Part shown: positions 31,926 through 39,629 of the stretch, piece after piece
How the letters are laid out: every line of letters begins with the position of its first letter
Position numbering within the stretch: position 1 is the first letter of the stretch
DNA from: Gemmatimonadaceae bacterium
GTDB taxonomy: Bacteria; Gemmatimonadota; Gemmatimonadetes; Gemmatimonadales; Gemmatimonadaceae
DNA length: 64,000 bases
Direction: 5' to 3'
NCBI GenBank assembly: GCA_035936715.1
Contig: DASYVU010000194.1
Coordinates: 223 to 64,222, forward strand
Translations under genes and position numbers: made by a program
The notes under the pieces: generated by a model
Seen by the model: the letters and a program-made list of their open reading frames with translations, nothing else
Database searches by the model: none
What the model was told of the DNA's origin: nothing

Positions 31926-32396
31926 ATGTCTCCGCCTAGAACCTCGGCCGAGATCGGCGCGTTGTATCAGGAGATGATCCTCGATCACTACCGTCGCCCG
32001 CGCAACAAAGGCACGCTCGACAAGGCAGATGCGACGGTGGAGATGAAGAATCCACTGTGCGGCGATGAGATCAGTCTGCAGGTCGTTTTCGAGGGCAACA
32101 GCGTCTGCGATCTCAGGTTTTCGGGGCGCGGCTGCGCCATCTCTCTGGCATCGGCGTCGATGATGACGCAGCTGGTGAAGGGCAAGAGTACGGAGGAGAT
32201 CGACTCGATCAGGAAGCAATTCCGGGATCTGATGCTCGGCAATGCTCCTGCCGCGGATGACGCTCAGCTCGGCTCACTTCGCGCGCTTTCCGGTGTGGCG
32301 AGATTCCCGGCGCGGGTGAAGTGCGCGCTACTGGCCTGGAACGCGCTCGAAAGCGCGCTAGGAGAGAGAGTACCCGATACGCCGGAACTCGCTTGA
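31926..32396 (+). CDS. sufU: SufU/IscU-like protein
   Basis: LYQE.ILDHY..PRN, NPLCGD, GCAIS.AS.S and RVKCA.L.W. Confidence 0.93.
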   Translation: MSPPRTSAEIGALYQEMILDHYRRPRNKGTLDKADATVEMKNPLCGDEISLQVVFEGNSVCDLRFSGRGCAISLASASMMTQLVKGKSTEEIDSIRKQFRDLMLGNAPAADDAQLGSLRALSGVARFPARVKCALLAWNALESALGERVPDTPELA

Positions 32397-32434
32397 CTCG
32401 CATTCTCTTGGATACGCCCGCAACTTAGCAGGAC

Positions 32435-32956
32435 GTGTCCAGGCTTCGCTTTAAGATCTCGATCTCGCTCGACGGCTTTGTCACCGGCCCCAACCAGAGC
32501 GTGGACAACCCGCTAGGGATCGGCGGGATGCGGCTGCACGAGTGGGCTTTTGGGCTAGCGGTATTCCGCGTGCAGCACGGCATGGAAGACGGTGAAGTCA
32601 ACGAAAGCACCCGGGTCATCGAGGAGTCGCTCGCCAACATTGGAGCCACAGTGATGGGGCGCAACATGTTCGGCGGCCACCCTGGCCCCTGGGAGGCGAA
32701 GCAACAGGCGCGCCGAGCAGCGGGAGGCAAGGATGTATCGCTCACCGGAGGAGCCAAAGCCTCGCAGCAGTTTCTCGCCACCGGCCTCGTGGACGAGATG
32801 GAGATCAGCGTCGTGCCGACGCTCCTCGGCAGTGGCGAGCGGCTTTTCGACGACGTCGGCGACGACCTGCACGGGCTCGAGCTCGTACGAACCGTCGCCG
32901 CACCGCAAGTGACACACATCAAGTTCGCAAAAACGCTGAGGGGGAAGGGACATTGA
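32435..32956 (+). CDS. Dihydrofolate reductase/RibD C-terminal family protein with probable internal deletion
   Basis: SLDGF..GP, MGRNMF, GG, LVDE and P.LLG.GERLF; the usual central segment is missing. Confidence 0.75.
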   Translation: MSRLRFKISISLDGFVTGPNQSVDNPLGIGGMRLHEWAFGLAVFRVQHGMEDGEVNESTRVIEESLANIGATVMGRNMFGGHPGPWEAKQQARRAAGGKDVSLTGGAKASQQFLATGLVDEMEISVVPTLLGSGERLFDDVGDDLHGLELVRTVAAPQVTHIKFAKTLRGKGH

Positions 32957-33135
32957 GGACCTATGTCATCACCACCGGTGCAGTTTTTGGCCTGCTTACT
33001 CTGGCGCACATCTGGCGGGTCATCGAAGAAGGGCCGCACCTGGCGACGGACCTCTCGTGGGTTCTCATCACCGTTGCCGCAGCAGCTCTCTGCCTTTGGG
33101 CTTGCCGCTTGCTTTGGCACTCGTCACGCCCGTGA
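32953..33135 (+). CDS. Small 2-TM protein
   Basis: TTG start coupled to the upstream stop, GAAGGGA SD and two hydrophobic helices. Confidence 0.65.
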   Translation: MRTYVITTGAVFGLLTLAHIWRVIEEGPHLATDLSWVLITVAAAALCLWACRLLWHSSRP

Positions 33136-34001
33136 CGCGTATCCCTGAACCGTATCTCAGGCGCGCTTTCGCTGTTGGCGCTTCGCTGGTGTGCGCGTGC
33201 AGCACGGCATCAATTGTGTCGACTGGCCCTACAACCACGTGGGTTCAGGTGTGGAGCGATGAGTTCGACGGGGCGGCTGGCGCACGCATCGACAGCACGA
33301 GATGGAGTTACGAAACGGCGGATGGGTGCAAGGAAGGAATCTGCGGCTGGGGCAACAGCGAGAAGGAATACTATACCGACGCATCCGAAAACATCGCGCT
33401 GAATGGGCAGGGACAATTGATGATCGTTGCCCGGCTCGCTCCGGCGGGCCTCACCTGCAGCTACGGTCCGTGTCTGTACACGTCCGCGAGAATCACCACC
33501 CGAGGCAAGATGCTCGCGGCACCCGGCAGGGTGGAGGCACGCATCAAGCTGCCCGCGGGACAGGGGCTTTGGCCCGCATTCTGGATGCTGGGACACAACT
33601 CTCCCGTAATGCCGTGGCCGGCCTGCGGAGAGCTCGACATCATGGAGAACAAGGGGAGCCAGCCGACCACAACGAGCTCGGCCGTGCACGGTCCAGGCTA
33701 CTCCGGGGAGACGCCGTTCGCCCACGGGCATAGTCTCGCAAGTGGCGTCCTCTCGGACGACTACCACACGTTCGCAGTCGAATGGGATTCGCTCGCCGTC
33801 CGATTCTTCGTCGACGGTACTGCCCACTACGGGATCACGCGCGACGCAATCGAGCGCTATGGTAAATCGATACTCGACCAACCGTTCTTCCTGATGCTCA
33901 ATCTTGCCGTCGGTGGGCACTTCGACGGAGATCCGCAGTCGGACGCGATCTTCCCGGCGACGATGCTGGTCGACTACGTGCGAGTCTACACGCGGCAGTG
34001 A
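33132..34001 (+). CDS. Glycoside hydrolase family 16 (laminarinase-like) lipoprotein
   Basis: [21 protein letters not shown], catalytic ELDIME, NLAVGG and VDYVRVY. Confidence 0.93.
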   Translation: MTRIPEPYLRRAFAVGASLVCACSTASIVSTGPTTTWVQVWSDEFDGAAGARIDSTRWSYETADGCKEGICGWGNSEKEYYTDASENIALNGQGQLMIVARLAPAGLTCSYGPCLYTSARITTRGKMLAAPGRVEARIKLPAGQGLWPAFWMLGHNSPVMPWPACGELDIMENKGSQPTTTSSAVHGPGYSGETPFAHGHSLASGVLSDDYHTFAVEWDSLAVRFFVDGTAHYGITRDAIERYGKSILDQPFFLMLNLAVGGHFDGDPQSDAIFPATMLVDYVRVYTRQ

Positions 34002-34002
34002 G

Positions 34003-34407
34003 ATGAAATCCGCCTCATCATCAAGAAAGGACGGCAAGGGGGCCGGGTTGAAGGTGCGAACCTACTTTGCGTCGTTGCCGGCGGATGCCAGGAGGCGCCT
34101 CAAACAGCTGCGCGGGGCCATTCGCGCAGCAGCCCCCGGCGCTACGGAGGTTATCAGCTACGGAATTCCCGCCTTTAGACTCAATGGGCGAGTGCTTGTG
34201 TGGTACGCCGGCTGGAAAAGCCACAGCAGCCTCTACCCAATGACAGCAGCCGTGAAGCGCGCCAATGCGGCTGCGCTCAAGGGATACGAGACGTCGAAGG
34301 GAACGGTTCGTTTTCCACTAACCAAGCCGCTGCCATCAGGTCTTGTGAAACGACTCGTGAAGGCGCGCATCGCTGAGTTACCACAGAAGAAGGGAAAGGC
34401 CAAGTAA
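34003..34407 (+). CDS. DUF1801 (YdhG-like) protein
   Basis: [14 protein letters not shown] and [14 protein letters not shown]. Confidence 0.88.
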   Translation: MKSASSSRKDGKGAGLKVRTYFASLPADARRRLKQLRGAIRAAAPGATEVISYGIPAFRLNGRVLVWYAGWKSHSSLYPMTAAVKRANAAALKGYETSKGTVRFPLTKPLPSGLVKRLVKARIAELPQKKGKAK

Positions 34408-34418
34408 CCCAATTGACG

Positions 34419-34877
34419 ATGAAGAAAAAAGCAGGGCGATCAGCGAGAAAACCAGCGACGAAGCGATCCCGGCGGAAGTCCTCGACTTCGTCTACCAGGA
34501 GTCATGTGCCGACGCGTGGACTATATGGCTGGATCACGCACACTGAGCTCGCGAGCTCGGACCCGACAGCGACGAAGGCCTGGTGCGCCAAGGTTCTCGG
34601 CTGGACGTTCAAGCCGAGCGTTCCCATGCCAGGCGGCGGCGAGTATATGCTGTTTGCGTACTCCGACAAAGGCGGCGGGGGAATCCGGCCGACCAATCCG
34701 TCCGAGGCACCGGGCAGCAGCTTCACCGTGCACGTCGCGGACACACGGGCCGCTTTCGAAAAAGCGCTGCACGAAGGAGCCGAGGCGATGGTCCCGCCCA
34801 CGCCCATCATGCCGGGTGTGACGATCGCAGTCGTACGCGCACCAGGCGGAGTCCCCGTCGGCTTCTCGGGTCCATAG
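34419..34877 (+). CDS. VOC/glyoxalase-family protein with basic N-terminal extension
   Basis: HTEL.S.D….KA…VLGW.F, GGGI, V.D and P.G..VG. Confidence 0.82.
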   Translation: MKKKAGRSARKPATKRSRRKSSTSSTRSHVPTRGLYGWITHTELASSDPTATKAWCAKVLGWTFKPSVPMPGGGEYMLFAYSDKGGGGIRPTNPSEAPGSSFTVHVADTRAAFEKALHEGAEAMVPPTPIMPGVTIAVVRAPGGVPVGFSGP

Positions 34878-34972
34878 TCATTGGCGGATCGCCGATGTCA
34901 GAAAGTGTGTGACAAAATCGTCTGGCATGGAATCCGCTTCTTGGCTGTCTGTCTACCTCAATTCGTGCCGAC

Positions 34973-35401
34973 ATGACCAATCCGATTTTGCCAGTCTCCG
35001 AGCAGTATTCAACATCTCTTCTGCCGCGCGATACTCTCCGTACCGTGATCGCGCTGGCGATTATCGCGCTCACCATCGGCGGCTGGATTTACGTCCTGAT
35101 GATTCCCGTCGACCGATTCGCTCTCAGCGCCCAGACGCGCTTGTGGTGGATCGAGCAGGTAGTGAGCTTCGTGCTCGCCATAGTCTGCACCGGAATAGTC
35201 ATCCGTAAGCGCTCGTTTCTCACTCCTGCGTTCTGGCTGACCATCTACTCCCTGCTCTTCGATGTGATGCGCTGGATATTCGAGTTCAAGGAGGGACAGC
35301 TGAGGATTCCGATCGCGCTCATCCTCTATGCGCTGTTCATCTGGCGGCTCCAGCTTGCCCGGCGCACGGTAGCTGCCGAGCAGCATGCGGTAGCGGTCTA
35401 G
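34973..35401 (+). CDS. Hypothetical 4-TM membrane protein
   Basis: Four hydrophobic segments. Confidence 0.7.
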   Translation: MTNPILPVSEQYSTSLLPRDTLRTVIALAIIALTIGGWIYVLMIPVDRFALSAQTRLWWIEQVVSFVLAIVCTGIVIRKRSFLTPAFWLTIYSLLFDVMRWIFEFKEGQLRIPIALILYALFIWRLQLARRTVAAEQHAVAV

Positions 35402-35582
35402 CGCCTGAGTCCCAGGCCGGAGTGGCGGACTCCGGCTCCTGCTGTAACTATTCATCGTGGGCAGCTGATATCGATCCTTCTCAGCGTGCTGTCATACGTC
35501 TTACCGCGCAACTTCTGATTCTCGCTTACACCTGACTCCGGGCGACGGGATATGCATCCCGCGCCGGGCAATCGCGCTCGCG

Positions 35583-37283
35583 TTGCTCGCGATCGCGACG
35601 TTCCCCCACAATTCGTCAGCGCAGAGCAGGCTCCAGGAGACGTCGCTCCAGAACCGACAAGCGCTCGTCGATTCGACCGAGATCTCCCACCGCGCGCGCG
35701 ATCTCCAGGCCCGGTTCGAGAGCCGGCGCCGGCACATGCTGCCGAGATTCTCCGCTGGGCAGCCGGATCGCTGCCTCATCGTCGGACGATTCTGCGAGTG
35801 GCATCCAAACACTCAGGACTACGTCGTTCCCGATGAAGGGAACGACATCCGTCGCGCGCGCGCAGAGCTCCTGCGTGATCTCGAGAAGGCAGGCAACGCG
35901 GTTCCCGGCAACGACTGGATCATCGGACAGCGGATCCGTTACCTGGTCGAAGGACACGACAGCTCCGCGATCAGCGCTGCTCGGTCGTGCAAAGCGACCA
36001 AATGGTGGTGCGACGCGCTCGTCGGACTCGCTCTTCACGTCAACGGGAATTACGCCGCGGCAGACAGCGCCTTTTCGGTCGCTCTCGGAAAAATGCCGTC
36101 TCCGACGCGCTGCCACTGGCTGAATCTTTCGCCGCTTCTCGACGACGACCTGCGTGGCACGTATCGAAAGATGTCATGCGCGCAGCGCGAGGCCGCCGAT
36201 GCGCGCATCTGGTGGGTGGCGGATCCACTTTACATTACACCGGGGAACGAGCGTCGCACCGAGCACTTCTCTCGCGTGCTGCACACGGCGCTGCAACAGG
36301 ATGCGGCCAACACCTATGGCTCCAGGTGGGGCGGCGATCTCGCCGAGCTGATTCTGCGGTTCGGATGGGCGGAGAAATGGACGCAGGAGCCGGTTGGGAG
36401 CATGCAGGGGGCGCAGGTCTCGGTCACCGGTCACGAGCCCGAGCCCGGATTTCATTTCTTTCTCACCCAGCGGGCCCCCGATACCCTCGCCCAGATCGTT
36501 GACTCGCTGTTCGAGATCAGGCAGTTCCCACCAAGGGAGCAGTATGCACCGCCTTACGCGCGCTCGTTCACGGGGCTCGATGCGCAGGTCGCGCGGTTCC
36601 GCCGTGGCGACTCGACGCGTATAGTCGCCGCCTACGACGTGAGCGCGGACACTATCTTTGGCCGGCACAAGTTCGCCGCGGCGCTCGTCGCGATGGGGAA
36701 CGAAGCGGCGCCGCCCTCTATAAGCGAAGTCGAAGAGTCGCCGGCGAGAAACGTGATTACCGTTTCGACGCCGTGGAAGTCGCAACTGATCGGTGTGGAG
36801 CTGCTGGCGAAAGACAGCGCTGGAGCGGCGCGTTGGCGGACGGGCTTCGCGGAGATTCCGCTCGATTCCGGGAAGATCAGCTTATCTGATCTGCTGTTTG
36901 TCGACGGCGGTCCGTCACTTCCATCGGATCTGAGTGAGGCCATTCCACTGGCGCACGGCGGGACCAGATTCAGACGCGACAAGCAGGTTGGGTTGTTCTG
37001 GGAGCTTTACGGGAAAACGCCGGCGGATAGCGCTCTGCCGATCTCTCTCACCATTACTCCAATCGATGAGGGATTTTTTCGTCGCGCGTTCAGGGCACTA
37101 CGAATCGTGCCCAAAGTTGCGCCGCTGAATATCCGTTGGCAGGAGAATGGAGCTTCGGGCGTGCTCTCAGCGAGATCGGTGTTACTGGATCTCTCGCTCA
37201 TGCCTGCGGGGAAGTACGCAGTCAAGCTGGAGGTGGGGAACTTCCCACTGGCGGTGGCATCGCGAATCATCGAGGTTCAATAG
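35583..37283 (+). CDS. Large secreted hypothetical protein (GWxTD-like region)
   Basis: 566-aa ORF with signal-like N-terminus, W..ADPL..TPGNER..EH..R and Ig-like C-terminus; start uncertain. Confidence 0.75.
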   Translation: MLAIATFPHNSSAQSRLQETSLQNRQALVDSTEISHRARDLQARFESRRRHMLPRFSAGQPDRCLIVGRFCEWHPNTQDYVVPDEGNDIRRARAELLRDLEKAGNAVPGNDWIIGQRIRYLVEGHDSSAISAARSCKATKWWCDALVGLALHVNGNYAAADSAFSVALGKMPSPTRCHWLNLSPLLDDDLRGTYRKMSCAQREAADARIWWVADPLYITPGNERRTEHFSRVLHTALQQDAANTYGSRWGGDLAELILRFGWAEKWTQEPVGSMQGAQVSVTGHEPEPGFHFFLTQRAPDTLAQIVDSLFEIRQFPPREQYAPPYARSFTGLDAQVARFRRGDSTRIVAAYDVSADTIFGRHKFAAALVAMGNEAAPPSISEVEESPARNVITVSTPWKSQLIGVELLAKDSAGAARWRTGFAEIPLDSGKISLSDLLFVDGGPSLPSDLSEAIPLAHGGTRFRRDKQVGLFWELYGKTPADSALPISLTITPIDEGFFRRAFRALRIVPKVAPLNIRWQENGASGVLSARSVLLDLSLMPAGKYAVKLEVGNFPLAVASRIIEVQ

Positions 37284-37286
37284 CAA

Positions 37287-37649
37287 ATGGACGCCTCTGT
37301 GTGCGTCGCCAACATCGGCCCGCGAGAGCGCCGCAAGCGACTAGTGTTCGGAATCGTGACTCTTGCCGCAAGCGTCGTGATCTCATTTTTGTTTGTGTTT
37401 TATGGAGTCCGCCCGGTGTTCAGGCTGCCGCTGTTCATCCCGCTTTTTGTCGGCGCCCTGGGGTTCTTTCAGGCACGGGATCGAACGTGAGTAAAGCTCG
37501 CGTCGCGCGGTCAGCGCGACATGGATGCTGGTCCTCAAGCGATCTCTGACAAGGCAGAAGCCGATCAGGTTCGCCGGCAGGCGCAGGCCGTCTACATCAA
37601 GGCGCTCATTTCAGCCGCAATCCTTACCGCGCTCGCTCTCATTCAGTAA
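37287..37649 (+). CDS. Putative membrane selenoprotein, 120 aa, UGA at codon 68
   Basis: Frame continues past TGA 37488-37490 as VKLASRGQRDMDAG…ILTALALIQ to TAA 37647-37649; SECIS-like hairpin 11 nt downstream of the TGA. Confidence 0.75.
37488..37520 (+). promoter_or_regulatory. Putative bacterial SECIS element
   Basis: TGA + 11 nt (GTAAAGCTCGC) + GTCGCGC-GGTCA-GCGCGAC perfect stem-loop at 37502-37520. Confidence 0.7.
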
Positions 37650-37694
37650 CCTTCGAGCGATAGTCGTACAGCCGCCCACACGCCGAGGAAATTG

Positions 37695-37934
37695 ATGCGC
37701 TCAGGTTTCGCTGCAGCTTTTATGGGAATTGGAGGGATCTTCCTTTGCTTTTCAGTCGTGGTCTTCGTCATCGAGATTTTCGCCAGACGAAGTGACGCCG
37801 GGCACCAGCTGGCCACGATGAGCGCATTGGCAGTCGCCACCTTCGTGGGGGGCGTAATCCTGTTTGGACTTGGGTATCTCCTGAACCGAATTGGCCGCAG
37901 CACCCGAAATGGTGCGCTCACCGCAAATCGCTAA
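37695..37934 (+). CDS. Small 2-TM hypothetical protein
   Basis: GAGGA SD and two hydrophobic helices. Confidence 0.55.
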   Translation: MRSGFAAAFMGIGGIFLCFSVVVFVIEIFARRSDAGHQLATMSALAVATFVGGVILFGLGYLLNRIGRSTRNGALTANR

Positions 37935-38099
37935 GTCTCGAATCAAGCTCCGTTAGACGTCGCTCCAGTCTCGTTGGCCTTAATGCGGGAACAATACAAC
38001 TGAAGTTGACCGGCTTCTACGTCATTTGACGCATAGAGCCCTCTCGGCGATCAGGCGATCATGGAGCTGTAGCAAAGCTCCCTATCGCCCGAGGACCCG

Positions 38100-39617
38100 A
38101 TGAATCTCGACCAACGAACCCGACCGACCCTTAAAGAGCGCTTCGAGTTTGCCCTGCAGGCGCCCTGCGATTGGATACTCAAGGCGTCCTGCGTGAAGTA
38201 CGCGACGTTTCTCGCGATGTTCAGGCTCTTGCCGCCCAGCTATCTCGCCTGGGCATCCCGGGTCAAGGCGCGTAAGGCCTATTACCGCGCCCTCCGCAAA
38301 GTGCCTGCGTACCGCCAGTTCCTTCGCGCCGGAGGTGGTCTGCTCGTCCCGGAAACGGACAAGGAGAACTACATCAAGCCCTATGAGACTGGTGCCCGGT
38401 GCGTCGGCGGCTCCTTCCTTCACGGGCGGACGATGATCGACGAGTCGTCCGGCTCCACTGGCACGCCGTACAACTGGGTGCGCAGCGAGAAGGAGCGCCA
38501 CGAGAGTCACACCTTTGTCAGTTATTTCGCGACGTACTGCTACGGCCGCGAGCCATGGATCACCATCAACGGCTTCAGCATGGGCGCGTGGGCCACCGGG
38601 ATCAACATGGGGATCTCGCTGCAGCGGAACGGGATCGTCAAGAACACCGGTCCGGACATCGCCAAGATTCTCCATACCCTGCGCTTCTTCGGCCCGGAAC
38701 ACACCTACCTGATCACCGGGTATCCGCCGTTCCTCAAGCATCTCATCGACGTTGCCGATGAGGAAGGTTTTCCCTTCGAGAAGTACAAGCTGTACGGACT
38801 CGCGGGCGGCGAAGGCATGTCGGAGGGACTGCGCGATTATCTGCTCCGACGCTTCACCAAGGTCTACAGCGGCTACGGTGCAACAGATCTGGAGATTGGC
38901 ATCGCCGGCGAGACGCCGATATCTGTCGCCATCCGGCGGCTTGCGCGCGAGCGTGAGGACGTGAAGCTCGCGCTGTTCGGCTCCGACTCCCGCCTTCCGA
39001 TGGTCTTTCAGTACAACCCCGTAATGCATCACGTCGAGGTCAACGAGAACGACGAGGTGGTGTTCACGATCTCGCGCAAGTCGCTTCTGTCGCCGCGCAT
39101 CCGGTACAACGTGCACGATCTCGGTGGCGTTCTCACCAGCGACGAGATGGCGGAGCGGCTCGCTTCGGTCGGTGTCGACATCGAGCAGCTCCGACACGAG
39201 CACGGTGACGGGAACGTGCGCCTTCCCTTCCTGTGGATCTTCGGCAGGCGCGATTACACGATCAGCGTCATGGGCGCGAACATCTATCCGGAGGACATTG
39301 AGCAGTGTCTGTATCACGACACCGCGCTCGCCGAGATGACGAACTCGTTTTGCCTCTCTCTGGCGGAGAGTCCTAACGGCGACGTGCGCCCGCGCTTCCT
39401 GTTCGAAGTCTCCAGGGAGCCCGACGCCGAGCTCGCTCGCCGTTTTTCGGCATCGATCCTTTCGCGCCTGGTCGAGCTGAATGCGGATTTCCGCGAAGCG
39501 TGGCGCGAATACCCGCAAACCCTCGTCCCCGAGATCCAGCTGTATCGGCTTGGCGAGGGTCCATTCGCGGGCGATGCGGGAAAGATCAAGCAAGCGCGCT
39601 TACTCCCTGCCGCCTGA
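38100..39617 (+). CDS. PaaK/coenzyme F390 synthetase-like adenylate-forming ligase
   Basis: P-loop SSGSTGTP, GYPPFLK, GGEG, YGATD, IRYN..D.G, GR.D and GANIYPE.IE. Confidence 0.85.
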   Translation: MNLDQRTRPTLKERFEFALQAPCDWILKASCVKYATFLAMFRLLPPSYLAWASRVKARKAYYRALRKVPAYRQFLRAGGGLLVPETDKENYIKPYETGARCVGGSFLHGRTMIDESSGSTGTPYNWVRSEKERHESHTFVSYFATYCYGREPWITINGFSMGAWATGINMGISLQRNGIVKNTGPDIAKILHTLRFFGPEHTYLITGYPPFLKHLIDVADEEGFPFEKYKLYGLAGGEGMSEGLRDYLLRRFTKVYSGYGATDLEIGIAGETPISVAIRRLAREREDVKLALFGSDSRLPMVFQYNPVMHHVEVNENDEVVFTISRKSLLSPRIRYNVHDLGGVLTSDEMAERLASVGVDIEQLRHEHGDGNVRLPFLWIFGRRDYTISVMGANIYPEDIEQCLYHDTALAEMTNSFCLSLAESPNGDVRPRFLFEVSREPDAELARRFSASILSRLVELNADFREAWREYPQTLVPEIQLYRLGEGPFAGDAGKIKQARLLPAA

Positions 39618-39629
39618 GGGCGACTCACG

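Noticed and set aside
37521-37649. Alternative reading of the post-TGA segment as a separate 42-aa gene starting at ATG 37521
   Set aside because: No SD, the ATG abuts the hairpin, and it is in frame with the upstream ORF, so read-through is more economical; a nonsense pseudogene is not fully excluded
38082-39593. 503-aa ORF antisense to the PaaK-like gene
   Set aside because: Mirror-frame shadow of a GC3-rich gene with no motifs; the plus-strand ORF has clear adenylation motifs
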